From contig CAKOWI010000001.1 in NCBI GenBank assembly GCA_934122275.1, positions 64,726 through 128,725 on the forward strand: 64,000 nucleotides of DNA, written 5' to 3'. The stretch is from an uncultured Bacilli bacterium. GTDB lineage: Bacteria > Bacillota_I > Bacilli_A > RF39 > UBA660. Under the pieces are notes generated by a model. It worked only from the letters and a program-made list of their open reading frames with translations, searched no databases and was not told the origin of the DNA. Shown piece by piece: positions 1-10,194 of the stretch; the stretch's first letter is position 1; the number at the start of each line of letters is the position of its first letter. The position numbers were made by a program, and so were the translations under genes.

Positions 1-166
1 TCTTATTTTTCATCTTTTTGATGGTCTTCAGACTTTATTTTTAAATAAATTCATATAACTTTCCTGTTTATCTTACCCGTATATTATAACAAAGTGATTA
101 CAAACTCAGTATTTAAGAACTAAATAACAAAATAATTTCTATATTTAGGTTGCAAAAAAATAGTTC

Positions 167-1216
167 TTAGCTAGAACTATCATTATTATTTATTTTATTA
201 AACGTAAGTACTTTTTTTATTTTTTCTTCCATTTTTTCTTCACTATCTACATAAACCAAAGGACCAGATGCATTATTAATATTACCTCCGCCATTGTTTA
301 AAATATACATTATGTTATTTACTGCAATATCATTTTTACCTCTTGCACAAACTTTATATCCACCATCTTTTGTTTTTCCCGCAATAAGTACAGCATCACA
401 CTTATAATTAAGTGCATAATCAGCAGCTTTAGCTATCTCAGTTTCAGTATACACTCCATCACCTAAAACCGAAACCATAAACCTTAAATCCAGTAGTTTT
501 AAATTATCAACTAATGTATGAACCTTTCTATCACTTTCAAAATCAAGTGCAAAAAAGTCTTCAACCATATTTTGATCTGCTCCTTTATTTATCAAACCTT
601 TTACGGCATCTAGTGTACTTACATATTTATTCTTATTAAGTTTATTAGTATCAAGATAAATGCCTGCTAGAAGATATGTATACAAAATTTGATTTGTAGA
701 ATTAATTTTATATAAATTTAAAAGATAATACATTATTTCACTACAGCTAGATGTATTATTAATGACTAACTTTTTATTAGTTTTAATGGTATTTTCATCA
801 ATTGTATGGTGATCTATTATTATAATGTTCTTAAATTTTTTATATTTTCCTTCTAAAGAAGTTAAATAATCTTTATTAACATCAACCGTTATTAGTAAAT
901 CATTATCAGTTCTATTATTTTCATAATGGTCAGTTGTTATAACAATAAAAGTTTCTTTTATTCTATCAATCATTTGTAATACTTCATCTGATAAATCTTC
1001 TTCTTTATCATCTATTATTATATAAGATGCTTTTTTATGTTTTTTACAAACCACTGCTGCCGCTAAAAGTGATGCAACGGCATCATAATCTAATTTTTTA
1101 TGTGATGTTATAAAAACTTGGTTTGCATCATTTATATTACTACTTAAAATCTTTTTAAATTCACTAACTTGTTGTTTTACACTACTACCTTGCTTGGAAT
1201 TTTCCATTTCATTCAC
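167..1216 (-). CDS. DHH-family phosphoesterase (NrnA / DHH-DHHA1-like)
   Basis: 349-aa ORF with a DHH motif (NIIIIDHHT), upstream Asp motifs (DYDAVAS, TVDVN) and a C-terminal glycine motif NNGGGN resembling the DHHA1 GGGH. Confidence 0.7.
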   Translation of the reverse strand: MNEMENSKQGSSVKQQVSEFKKILSSNINDANQVFITSHKKLDYDAVASLLAAAVVCKKHKKASYIIIDDKEEDLSDEVLQMIDRIKETFIVITTDHYENNRTDNDLLITVDVNKDYLTSLEGKYKKFKNIIIIDHHTIDENTIKTNKKLVINNTSSCSEIMYYLLNLYKINSTNQILYTYLLAGIYLDTNKLNKNKYVSTLDAVKGLINKGADQNMVEDFFALDFESDRKVHTLVDNLKLLDLRFMVSVLGDGVYTETEIAKAADYALNYKCDAVLIAGKTKDGGYKVCARGKNDIAVNNIMYILNNGGGNINNASGPLVYVDSEEKMEEKIKKVLTFNKINNNDSSS

Positions 1217-1283
1217 CTGTAAAACTTATAATAACACATTAATAAATAAAGTCAATAAAGAAAAAAGTCTAAATATTGACTAT

Positions 1284-3455
1284 TTAGACAGGATCTATTA
1301 AACTTAGCGAAACCTTTTCTTTTTCTTTATCTATATCAATTACATAACAATCAATTATATCTCCTACACTCAAAATATCTGATGGATGCTTTATATAATC
1401 TTTAGATATTTTTGATATATGAATAAGTCCATCATTATGAAGTCCTATGTCTATAAACACACCAAAATCAATAACATTTCTAACAGTACCTTGCAACTTC
1501 ATTCCAATTTTTAAATCATCAATAGATAATACATCACTTTTTAATATAGGCTGTGCATATTCATCTCTAGGATCTCTATTAGGTTTTTTTAAACTACTTA
1601 TTACATCTTCTAACGTATAGCAATCCGTACCTAATTTACTAGCATATTTTTCAACATTAATGTTATTTAACTTACTTATTAATGCATCACTTGCAATATC
1701 TTTAATATCAAACCTTAGTTCCTTTAATAAATTTAATGCAACATCATAACTTTCTGGATGTATACTAGTTTCATCTAGTATGTTTTTACCTTCCGTTATC
1801 CTTAAAAAACCAATCGCTTGTTCATATACTTTATCACTTAATAATTTCTTTTTCTTTATCTCTTCTCTAGAATTAATTTTACCATGTTCTTTTCTATAAG
1901 ATATTATTTTATCAATATTATTTTTCTTAATACCAGAAACATACTTTAATAAAGACTGAGATGCTGTATTAACATTTACTCCAACACTATTAACGGCTTT
2001 TTGTACAACAAAGTCTAAGCTTTCAGATAATTTTTTACCTGCTACATCATGCTGATATAGTCCTACACCAATACCTTCTGGTGGTACTTTAACAAGTTCT
2101 GATAGTGGATCTTGAAGTCTTCTTCCAATTGATACGGCACTTCTTTTTTCAACAGCTAAATCTGGAAATTCTTCTATCGCTATTTTTGATGCACTATATA
2201 TTGATGCACCAGCTTCCGACACAATTACATACTTACAAGAAAGATTATATTCTTTAATTAAATCAGCACAAAATTTCTCTGATTCACGAGATGCAGTACC
2301 ATTACCAATAGCGATTAAATCAACATTATATTTTTTTATTAATTCTAAAACTTTTAATTTACAAGAATTTAATGAATCATCACTAATATTTTTTAAGAAA
2401 GGTTTCACAACACATGAATCCATATAATTACCAGTTTTATCAATAACGGCTAACTTACATCCATTAATAAATCCAGGATCAAATGCAAGTACTACTTTTT
2501 CTTTCATAGGAGGTGTTAACAATAATGCTTCTAAATTCTTACTAAAGTTTTCAATCGCACTATCTACTCCTTTTTCTGTTAAATCACTTCTTATTTCTCT
2601 TTGTACAGAAGGATAAATAAGTCTCTTATAACTATCTTCTATAGCTTCTTTTATGTACTTAACACAAAAACTTTTTTCATCTTTTATGTTTTTATTTTGT
2701 AAGTATTCTATTATTCTTTCACTATCAATTTCTATTTTAACGTTTATAACGTTTTCTTTTTCTGCCCTATTTATTGCAAGAATTCTATGTGGTTTTATTT
2801 TATTTACTGCCTCACTATAGTCATAATACATTTCATAAATCTTATTTTCATCTTTAGCATCTTTTTTTACCTTTGACGTTAATATTCCAAACCTATACAT
2901 ATTATTTCTTATGTTCTTTCTGTAACTTGCATTATCGCTTATCCACTCTGCTATTATATATTTAGCACCTTCTGTAGCAGAATCTGCATCTTTAACATTT
3001 TCATTAATAAATTTTTCTGTTAACTTACTTACATCACCATTTAATGGACAAGACATAATTATTTTAGCGAGCGGCTCAAGTCCGTTCTTTATTGCATCTG
3101 TCGCTTTTGTTTTCTTTTTTTCCTTATATGGTCTATATAAGTCTTCTACTTCAACTAATTTAGTAGAATCCATTATTTGTTTTTTTAATTCATCTGTTAA
3201 TAGTCCTTTTTCATCAATTAACCGTATAACATCTTCTTTTCTTTTAAGTAAATTAACCTGATACTCATATGCATCTTCAATAACTTTTATTTGTTCTTCT
3301 GTAAGACCACCTGTTTTTTCTTTTCTATATCTAGCAATAAATGGTATTGTATTTCCTTCACTTAACATAGAAAGAGTTACATTAACTTGATTTTCAGTTA
3401 TATTTAAATTTAAGGCTATTTCCTTAATAATATTTTCGTTCATTTTATCCTCCAT
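1284..3455 (-). CDS. tex: Tex-like transcription accessory / RNA-binding protein with C-terminal S1 domain
   Basis: 723-aa ORF with the hallmark N-terminus TIPFIARYRKEKTGGL and a C-terminal S1 fold (GTVRNVIDFGVFIDIG..DGLIHISK). Confidence 0.85.
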   Translation of the reverse strand: MEDKMNENIIKEIALNLNITENQVNVTLSMLSEGNTIPFIARYRKEKTGGLTEEQIKVIEDAYEYQVNLLKRKEDVIRLIDEKGLLTDELKKQIMDSTKLVEVEDLYRPYKEKKKTKATDAIKNGLEPLAKIIMSCPLNGDVSKLTEKFINENVKDADSATEGAKYIIAEWISDNASYRKNIRNNMYRFGILTSKVKKDAKDENKIYEMYYDYSEAVNKIKPHRILAINRAEKENVINVKIEIDSERIIEYLQNKNIKDEKSFCVKYIKEAIEDSYKRLIYPSVQREIRSDLTEKGVDSAIENFSKNLEALLLTPPMKEKVVLAFDPGFINGCKLAVIDKTGNYMDSCVVKPFLKNISDDSLNSCKLKVLELIKKYNVDLIAIGNGTASRESEKFCADLIKEYNLSCKYVIVSEAGASIYSASKIAIEEFPDLAVEKRSAVSIGRRLQDPLSELVKVPPEGIGVGLYQHDVAGKKLSESLDFVVQKAVNSVGVNVNTASQSLLKYVSGIKKNNIDKIISYRKEHGKINSREEIKKKKLLSDKVYEQAIGFLRITEGKNILDETSIHPESYDVALNLLKELRFDIKDIASDALISKLNNINVEKYASKLGTDCYTLEDVISSLKKPNRDPRDEYAQPILKSDVLSIDDLKIGMKLQGTVRNVIDFGVFIDIGLHNDGLIHISKISKDYIKHPSDILSVGDIIDCYVIDIDKEKEKVSLSLIDPV

Positions 3456-3496
3456 TTAATCAAAATAAAAACACTAGCAATTGCTAATGATAAAAT

Positions 3497-3811
3497 TTAG
3501 AATTTTTTTCTTTTTATAAATATTTTTACTACAAAGAATAAAAATATTGCCATTATAACTACATATACCCAAATAAGTACAGTATTAAATATTCCAGATG
3601 TATATTTATTTACAACTGCAGGTATTGATGCTGGGATATAAGTTTTTATAAAAGCTCTTATCTCTTTAATTGGTACATATCCATTTATTAAATTAAGTAT
3701 TCTAAATAATATATCTATCATTCCAAATCCAAACATATAAGTCTGAAATCTTTTTGAATATATTATTACAAATACTAAAAGTACTACTAGCACAACTAAA
3801 TCTAAATACAT
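3497..3811 (-). CDS. small integral membrane protein, unknown function
   Basis: ORF with three hydrophobic segments. I prefer the ATG at 3811 (MYLDLVVL...) because GGAGG lies 7 nt upstream; the track ORF extends to 3844. Confidence 0.45.
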   Translation of the reverse strand: MYLDLVVLVVLLVFVIIYSKRFQTYMFGFGMIDILFRILNLINGYVPIKEIRAFIKTYIPASIPAVVNKYTSGIFNTVLIWVYVVIMAIFLFFVVKIFIKRKKF

Positions 3812-3915
3812 TATAACCTCCATATGATATAAAAATAATAACATATTTTAACGTAATATACAATCGATTAAGGACAAAAAAAGAACTCTTATATAATAAG
3901 AGTTTTGTTGCATAA

Positions 3916-3992
3916 ATGGTGGACCGTTAGGGATTCGAACCCTAGACCCACTGATTAAGAGTCAGTTGCTCTACCAACTGAGCTAACGGTCC
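3916..3992 (-). tRNA. tRNA-Lys (anticodon CTT), CCA encoded
   Basis: The reverse complement folds as a cloverleaf: GGACCGT acceptor, GCTC/GAGC D-stem, anticodon arm ACTGA-CTCTTAA-TCAGT, T-arm TAGGG-TTCGAAT-CCCTA, then ACGGTCC-A-CCA. Confidence 0.9.
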
Positions 3993-4048
3993 ATGTAAAT
4001 TACTTAATAAGTATAATACAAAATATTTAAATTGTAAATACTTTTATA

Positions 4049-4125
4049 TGGTGGACGCTATAGGACTCGAACCTATGACCCCCTGCTTGTAAGGCAGGTG
4101 CTCTAACCAACTGAGCTAAGCATCC
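4049..4125 (-). tRNA. tRNA-Val (anticodon TAC), CCA encoded
   Basis: Reverse complement: GGATGCT acceptor, anticodon arm CCTGC-CTTACAA-GCAGG, T-arm ATAGG-TTCGAGT-CCTAT, then AGCGTCC-A-CCA. Confidence 0.9.
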
Positions 4126-4209
4126 ACTTGCATAAGTATTTTACTACAAGTTTTTTAAAATAGCAATTCTTTTTTTTAAAATGTGATTAAATTCGTATGA
4201 AATTTAATT

Positions 4210-4563
4210 TTATCCCACACTAGGTATTCTTACAATCCATTTTGTATAACATTTAGTTTCATTAGTTATTTTTCCAGATACTTTAAAACTTTTAGAACTT
4301 TTAAAATAAGTAACTTCTGATGATGAAGCACTATCGTCTTTAGTTAGTTCAGTTGTATATGCAGTAATTGGATTTCCATTTAAAGCTATACTAAGCCTTG
4401 CACATCCTTCCTCGGTGAAAAAAGAAAACCAACAAAATCCTAACAAAAAAAACATAATTAAAACATTGATTATTTTCATTCCAGCTTTAATCAAAAGAAC
4501 AACAGCACCTATCACCAATATTAAAACAATCCACTTTGTTATTTCAGTCATCATAATCATCAC
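4210..4563 (-). CDS. membrane-anchored hypothetical protein
   Basis: 117-aa ORF with two N-terminal hydrophobic helices and a soluble C-terminal half. No recognisable motif. Confidence 0.4.
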   Translation of the reverse strand: MMIMMTEITKWIVLILVIGAVVLLIKAGMKIINVLIMFFLLGFCWFSFFTEEGCARLSIALNGNPITAYTTELTKDDSASSSEVTYFKSSKSFKVSGKITNETKCYTKWIVRIPSVG

Positions 4564-4602
4564 TCCTATTATATTATAATTTTTATATAAAACTTTTATT
4601 CA

Positions 4603-5295
4603 TCATAAAGTACGTACATCATAAGTGTAACTATTATTTAGTGAAAAATCAACATCATCAACGATTTTATTAACGTAACTTTCTAATTCTTTAACGTTAC
4701 ATGCTAAATATACCACGTTTATGTTTTCACTTTTTAATTTACCAAGTATTTCATCATCAACATAACAACCATTAAAAAACACAGCATTTACTTTAGCATT
4801 ATCTCTTTTTAATCTATCAATCTGTTTTAGCAGTTTTTTTCCTATATTCTTATACTTAACAATCTCTAATAACCTATTATTTTTTACTGTATTTAAGTCA
4901 TCTGCATCTATATAATTATTCTTATTTCCAATTATTTGTTCTGCAACTTTAACCTCACAATAATTATCTACTCCATTATTATCTCTAAAATATAAGTCAG
5001 CTTTCATTTGTTCTTTACCGCTTTCCATATAAATTGGAAACTCATTATAAACATTATAACCTAATCCACTATAATAATTTGTTGCAAGTAAATTACCATA
5101 TATACCAAGTAAGTTTTTAGATAATTGTTTTTTACTATTCTTATTTTGATTACTTACTAATTTATCATAAAATAACATAACTAAATCTATATTCATCTTT
5201 CTTGCTAAATCAAAAACCGATGTAGATACTCCGCACTCTATCATAATATTTTTGACTTGTAAATATTTTTCTTTATTAATAGTAACCCGTTTCAT
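4603..5295 (-). CDS. hypothetical protein with a possible YraN / PD-(D/E)xK nuclease-like core
   Basis: 230-aa ORF. The segment GNLLATNYYSGLGYNVYNEF...KADLYF...NYCEVKV resembles the YraN-type pattern (G..A..yL...Gy.i...N....D.....vEVK). This is inference from motif spacing only. Confidence 0.35.
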   Translation of the reverse strand: MKRVTINKEKYLQVKNIMIECGVSTSVFDLARKMNIDLVMLFYDKLVSNQNKNSKKQLSKNLLGIYGNLLATNYYSGLGYNVYNEFPIYMESGKEQMKADLYFRDNNGVDNYCEVKVAEQIIGNKNNYIDADDLNTVKNNRLLEIVKYKNIGKKLLKQIDRLKRDNAKVNAVFFNGCYVDDEILGKLKSENINVVYLACNVKELESYVNKIVDDVDFSLNNSYTYDVRTL

Positions 5296-5410
5296 ACTAC
5301 ACCTCTATATTATTCTATCATATCATTCATTGTTAAAACAGAAACAAACTAAATATTTGGCATAAATTTACATTTTATTATATAAAGTTATCATATTATT
5401 TAAGTTTATA

Positions 5411-5419
5411 TGCTATAAT
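5411..5419 (+). promoter_or_regulatory. extended -10 promoter element (TGCTATAAT) for the 5440-7404 operon
   Basis: TGnTATAAT lies 21 nt upstream of the ATG at 5440, with the GAGGTGA RBS in between. No good -35 element. Confidence 0.4.
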
Positions 5420-5439
5420 TAAGTGCATGAGGTGATAAT

Positions 5440-5955
5440 ATGGCAGAAAGCTTAGTACATACTTTTCTAGGATTATTTGATGGTTTAAAAAATATTCCAT
5501 ATGGAAAGGAATTAATAGTTTTTATAATTTCATTAATGCCAATATTAGAATTACGTGGTGGTTTAATAGCGGCAGCATTATTAGGATTAAATATAGTCCC
5601 TTCATTTATTATTTGCTTAATAGGTAATTTACTTCCGATACCATTTATTTTATGGCTCATTACTCCCATTTTTAACTGGCTTAAGAAAACTAAACATTTT
5701 AGTAAAATGGTAAATAAAATAGAAAAGAAAGCTTTAAGAAAGAAAGATAAAATAGAAAAAGCAGAGTTTTTTGGACTTTTATTCTTCGTTGGTGTTCCAC
5801 TACCAGGAACTGGTGGATGGACTGGAAGTTTAATAGCAGCTTTAATTAATATGGATAAGAAAAAAGCACTTTTAGCGATTACTCTTGGTGTTATTTTAGC
5901 GGGTGTTATAGTTGGAAGTTTGTCTTTTGGACTATTAAAAGGAATTTTAGGATAA
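5440..5955 (+). CDS. small multidrug-export-like membrane protein (COG2426 family)
   Basis: 171-aa polytopic ORF with PILELRGGL and GVPLPGTGGWTG motifs characteristic of this family. Confidence 0.6.
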   Translation: MAESLVHTFLGLFDGLKNIPYGKELIVFIISLMPILELRGGLIAAALLGLNIVPSFIICLIGNLLPIPFILWLITPIFNWLKKTKHFSKMVNKIEKKALRKKDKIEKAEFFGLLFFVGVPLPGTGGWTGSLIAALINMDKKKALLAITLGVILAGVIVGSLSFGLLKGILG

Positions 5956-5967
5956 GGATGTGTTAAT

Positions 5968-7404
5968 ATGAATGATAAACAAGTAAAGGAAATAACTAGT
6001 CGTGATACTGATTTTGCACAGTGGTACACAGATGTTTGTAAAAAAGCTGATTTAGTTGATTATTCATCTGTTAAAGGAAGCATGATAATAAGACCATATG
6101 GCTATGCAATTTGGGAAAATATGCAAAGTATATTAGATAAAAAATTTAAAGAAACTGGACATTTAAATTTACAGATGCCTATGTTTATACCAGAGAGTTT
6201 ACTTCAAGTTGAAAAAGATCATGTTAAAGGTTTTGCGCCAGAAGTTGCTTGGGTAACACATGGGGGTTCAAATAAATTAGAAGAAAGAATGTGCATTAGA
6301 CCTACTTCAGAAACACTATTTTGTGAACATTTTAAAAAAATAATTAATTCATATAGAGACTTACCACTTTTATATAATCAGTGGTGTACAATAGTTAGAT
6401 GGGAAAAAACAACAAGACCATTTTTAAGAACAAGGGAAATACTTTGGCAAGAAGGTCATACAATGCACTCTAGTGAAAAAGAGGCAATAGACGAAACACT
6501 TAGAATGCTTAAAGTTTATGAAGATTTCCAAAGAAATGTTTTAGCGGTTCCAGTATTTACTGGTAAAAAAACAGAAAAAGAAAAATTTGCGGGAGCTGAG
6601 GCTACTTATGCTATTGAGGCTATGATGTATGATGGGGTTGCACTTCAAACTGCTACATCACACTATTTCGGTCAAGGTTTTGCAAAAGCATTTGATATTA
6701 AGTTTTTAAATAAAGACAATAAATATGAAATTCCATATCAAACTTCTTGGGGATCAACAACTAGAATGATTGGTGAAATAATAATGGTTCATGGTGATGA
6801 TAGAGGTTTAGTTCTTCCACCTAGAATTGCACCATATAAAGTAATTATAATACCTATTGGTGATGATGAAAAAGTTACAAATGCAGTTAATGAAATTAAA
6901 AATGATTTAAATGAATCATCAATTTCATATAAAATAGACGATTCCAAAAAATCTCCAGGATTTAAATTCGCAGAAGCAGAAGTTAAAGGATACCCTATTA
7001 GAATAGAAATTGGTAAAAGAGATTTGGAAAATGACATTGTAACAATAGTTAGACGTGACACTTTAGAAAAGCAACAAGTTACAGTTAATGAGGTCATAAT
7101 AAAAGTTAATGAACTTTTAGTAAATATTCAAAATGATATGTATAAGAAAGCATTAGATAGAAGAAATAGTATGATATATAATGTAGATACATATGAAGAA
7201 ATGAAAGAAATAGCTAAAAATAAAAACGGATTTATATATACAAATTGGTGTGGCAATGAAACTTGTGAATTAAAAATAAAAGATGAGCTTGGTTTAAAAT
7301 CAAGATGTATGCCTTTTGATAATGCCGAACCCGATGGTGATAAAAAATGTATTTGCTGTGGTAATGATGCCAAAACAAAAATATATTGGGCTAAACAGTA
7401 TTAA
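5968..7404 (+). CDS. proS: proline--tRNA ligase (archaeal/eukaryote-like short form)
   Basis: 478-aa class II aaRS. N-terminus ITSRDTDFAQWYTDV...VKGSMIIRPYGYAIWE, motif 2/3-like blocks, and a C-terminal Cys cluster (CGNETCE...CICCG). Confidence 0.95.
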   Translation: MNDKQVKEITSRDTDFAQWYTDVCKKADLVDYSSVKGSMIIRPYGYAIWENMQSILDKKFKETGHLNLQMPMFIPESLLQVEKDHVKGFAPEVAWVTHGGSNKLEERMCIRPTSETLFCEHFKKIINSYRDLPLLYNQWCTIVRWEKTTRPFLRTREILWQEGHTMHSSEKEAIDETLRMLKVYEDFQRNVLAVPVFTGKKTEKEKFAGAEATYAIEAMMYDGVALQTATSHYFGQGFAKAFDIKFLNKDNKYEIPYQTSWGSTTRMIGEIIMVHGDDRGLVLPPRIAPYKVIIIPIGDDEKVTNAVNEIKNDLNESSISYKIDDSKKSPGFKFAEAEVKGYPIRIEIGKRDLENDIVTIVRRDTLEKQQVTVNEVIIKVNELLVNIQNDMYKKALDRRNSMIYNVDTYEEMKEIAKNKNGFIYTNWCGNETCELKIKDELGLKSRCMPFDNAEPDGDKKCICCGNDAKTKIYWAKQY

Positions 7405-7431
7405 CTTATGATTAAGTCATAAGTTTTTTTA
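7403..7431 (+). terminator. rho-independent terminator after proS
   Basis: Hairpin AACTTATGA / TCATAAGTT followed by a T-run. Confidence 0.65.
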
Positions 7432-7461
7432 TTTTGGATATTATAATAATGGTGATAAATT

Positions 7462-7908
7462 ATGTTAAACAAAGAATATGAACAAGCATATAATGCTTCA
7501 TGTTTAAAAATAGCTAAAGCTTTAGAAAACGAATATAAAATATTAGTTACAGATGGAGAGTTAGGAAACTTTGAAATAAAAATTGAAGAAATTAATGGTG
7601 AAAAAGTAAATGATTATCTAAGTATTTGCTTTCAAAAACAAAATGGTGCGTTTACCGTTATAGCAAATAAAAATATTAGTGATGATATAAAACAAAAACT
7701 TCTTAAAGATATTTCTTTTGAACTTAAAATCAATCCAATTGCATCATATAACTTTAAGGATCTTAAAGACTATGCAGTTTATCATTTTGAATATTATATA
7801 GAAAATAAAATTATAGATAATCAAAAAATAATCAAAGATTTAGAAAGTATGGATGAAATAGAAAACGTAAATTATAGTCCAATTATAAGTCGTCATATAA
7901 ATTTTTAG
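7462..7908 (+). CDS. hypothetical protein
   Basis: 148-aa ORF with its own RBS region. No recognisable motif. Confidence 0.45.
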   Translation: MLNKEYEQAYNASCLKIAKALENEYKILVTDGELGNFEIKIEEINGEKVNDYLSICFQKQNGAFTVIANKNISDDIKQKLLKDISFELKINPIASYNFKDLKDYAVYHFEYYIENKIIDNQKIIKDLESMDEIENVNYSPIISRHINF

Positions 7909-8004
7909 AAACTTAACCGTAGCAAGTTTTATAATTTGCTTCTTTTTATTGTAATTAAAAAACCTACAATATATAATTATAGGTCTATATTTTTTATTTA
8001 CATT

Positions 8005-8832
8005 CTACTTATTGTTATATTTGAATAAAGCAGATGGTCTATGTCCACCACCAGTTTGTATCTTATCTGTCTTTTCTACTTTATTTGCAATTATTCTTCT
8101 AAATGCAGGATCAAGTAACTCTTTACCAAGTATTACTTCGTATACTTGCTGTAACTCCCCTAAAGTAAAATACTCTGGCATCATATTAAATACTATATCC
8201 GTATATTCTATTTTATTTTTTAATCTTTCAATACCACTTACTATAACTAGTGGGTGATCGAATGCTAATTTATCATTTTTAATTATATTAAAATCATATC
8301 TGTCAGTTGTTTTATCTCTTAGTTTTTTGCCAACCACAAACTTAATTTCCTCTATTCCATTATCTAATGTAACATTATATGATTTCTCATCTTCTAGCAT
8401 AAGAACATTAAACCAAGATGCATTAGCACTAAGATTATCTCTTAATCTATTTTTATCTACTAAAGCCATATATGAAGTAGATATAACGCGCATTCTAGGA
8501 TCTCTTTTTATATCACTAAAAGTATATAACTGTTCAATATAAATATCTTTTAAGTTAGTTTCTGCCCTTAATACTCTTTTAGCGGCTTCATCTAATGTTT
8601 CATCAATTCTAACAAAACCACCTGGTAAACACCATTTATCTTTAAACGGATAATTATCTCTTTTTACAAGTAAAATACTAAACTTTTTTTCTGATAACTT
8701 TCTATAATTTCCGGTATCCTCGTTTGATACACTCATAATTAGTATATCAGTTGTCATTGATAATTTTTCAAAAGCATTAGAATCATATTCTTTTAAGAAC
8801 TCTTCTTCACTGCTATATACCTTACCATCCAT
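8005..8832 (-). CDS. nrtR: NrtR-like regulator (degenerate Nudix domain + C-terminal winged helix)
   Basis: 275 aa. The Nudix-like box LPGGFVRIDETLDEAAKRVLRAETNL lacks the catalytic REUXEE glutamates. It has a C-terminal wHTH-like tail and is the last gene of an NAD salvage operon, which is the classic NrtR context. Confidence 0.7.
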   Translation of the reverse strand: MDGKVYSSEEEFLKEYDSNAFEKLSMTTDILIMSVSNEDTGNYRKLSEKKFSILLVKRDNYPFKDKWCLPGGFVRIDETLDEAAKRVLRAETNLKDIYIEQLYTFSDIKRDPRMRVISTSYMALVDKNRLRDNLSANASWFNVLMLEDEKSYNVTLDNGIEEIKFVVGKKLRDKTTDRYDFNIIKNDKLAFDHPLVIVSGIERLKNKIEYTDIVFNMMPEYFTLGELQQVYEVILGKELLDPAFRRIIANKVEKTDKIQTGGGHRPSALFKYNNK

Positions 8833-8859
8833 TTTATCACTCCCTATAAAGAAATTATA

Positions 8860-9351
8860 TCATAAACATTCATATTCTTTTATACTTAATATCATATTAA
8901 TTACTTCATTTATAACTAACTTTTTATTTTCCATTCTACTCCCTTTAGTAGCCTCTACTTTAGAGTTATAATACCTATTATTATCTTTATCATATATAGA
9001 AATAAATACTATGTTATCTTCTCCGTAAGGATTATTTTTGTCCACTTTGTTTAACTTACCAGTAATTCCAACTCCTAAGTTACTGTTTGCAAACTTTGCT
9101 ATATTATAACTCATTTCATTTGCTGTTTGAATACTATAAACAGAGTATTTATCTATTATATCCTTTGATACACCCATCTTGATTTTATATTCATTTGAAT
9201 AAGTTACCGCACTAAACTTAATTATATCAGATGCACCTTCTATATTAGTAATAGCATTAGCTACTCCACCACCAGTGCAAGATTCCATCGTTGATATCGT
9301 TTTATTATTTTCTTTTAGTTTTTCCACCAAGTATTTTGCATCCATTTTCAT
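8860..9351 (-). CDS. pncC: nicotinamide-nucleotide amidohydrolase (CinA C-terminal / PncC domain)
   Basis: 163 aa. N-terminal LVEKLKENNKTISTMESCTGGG matches the PncC signature (..ESCTGG..). Its start overlaps the upstream gene by 47 nt. Confidence 0.8.
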   Translation of the reverse strand: MKMDAKYLVEKLKENNKTISTMESCTGGGVANAITNIEGASDIIKFSAVTYSNEYKIKMGVSKDIIDKYSVYSIQTANEMSYNIAKFANSNLGVGITGKLNKVDKNNPYGEDNIVFISIYDKDNNRYYNSKVEATKGSRMENKKLVINEVINMILSIKEYECL

Positions 9352-10177
9352 TTATCCTTTCGTTAAATTTATTTAGTATGTCATTAAAGTAATCTGGTAT
9401 ATATTTTTTTATTTCTTCTTTAATTTCTTTAGGGATTCCATAAAATTGTTCTGAAATGGATCCTACCATACATGCTATTGTATCAGCATCCCCTCCTATG
9501 GAAATTGCCTTTCTAATTGAATCTTCAAAGTCATTAGATTCTAAAAATACATATATAGCTTGAGGAACAGATGAGATAGCTCTACTTGTAAATTCATAAT
9601 TTTCTTGCAAATCTTTTAAGTCAAAATCAAGACTAAAATAATTATCTTCTATATATGATTTTATCTCTTCTTTAGAACTATTATTCTTAGCCATAAAAAT
9701 AGCTACCGAAAGAGCTTCGGCACACAAAATAGCCTCTCTATTGTTATGTGTTGGAATGGTTGCTTCATAAACTTCTTTTTTCAGCTCTTCTACATCATCA
9801 ATTAAGACTGGTAATGAGCTTATTCTCATAGCACAACCGTTTCCGTAACTACCATTTAATTCTTGGTTATAAAGCCAGTTTACAAAACCCTTACCAAACC
9901 TACTTCTACCATATAAGTCAAGACCTTTTTGTACTTCTCTTAAACCATATTCCCTCAAACATTCTGCGTAACTTTTTCCGTTTAAATAAGCATCCGCTAC
10001 TGCAATGGTTAAAATACTATCATCTGTTACTGATGAGGATTTTGGAAACAAAGGAATACTCCTATTTAAAACCATTCTTCTTTCTTCTGCACTTACTTTA
10101 CTTTTCTTTAGTTTTTCTAATACTTCTTTTACCTCATAAGTAGAGCCTGCACAATCACCTATTATTGCACCTAGCAT
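9305..10177 (-). CDS. ADP-ribosylglycohydrolase family protein (DraG/ARH-like)
   Basis: 290 aa. N-terminal GAIIGDCAGSTYE and C-terminal GGDADTIACMVGSI match the two metal-binding signature regions of the ARH family. Confidence 0.8.
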   Translation of the reverse strand: MLGAIIGDCAGSTYEVKEVLEKLKKSKVSAEERRMVLNRSIPLFPKSSSVTDDSILTIAVADAYLNGKSYAECLREYGLREVQKGLDLYGRSRFGKGFVNWLYNQELNGSYGNGCAMRISSLPVLIDDVEELKKEVYEATIPTHNNREAILCAEALSVAIFMAKNNSSKEEIKSYIEDNYFSLDFDLKDLQENYEFTSRAISSVPQAIYVFLESNDFEDSIRKAISIGGDADTIACMVGSISEQFYGIPKEIKEEIKKYIPDYFNDILNKFNERINENGCKILGGKTKRK

Positions 10178-10194
10178 AAAATCACCTTCTTTAA

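Noticed and set aside
1-166. Possible start of a minus-strand gene at the left window edge (ATG near position 12)
   Set aside because: Only about four codons fall inside the window, so it cannot be supported.
5296-5439. Possible T-box leader upstream of the proS operon
   Set aside because: Only 144 nt are available. I could not find a specifier-loop or T-box (AANNNGGGTGGTACC-like) sequence or a terminator/antiterminator pair. It looks like a plain promoter region.
5406-6029. 207-aa ORF on the minus strand across the COG2426 membrane gene and the proS start
   Set aside because: It is entirely antisense to two ORFs with recognisable family motifs. Its composition is low-complexity and P/S/K/I-rich, and it has no RBS. 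This is a typical shadow ORF in AT-rich DNA.
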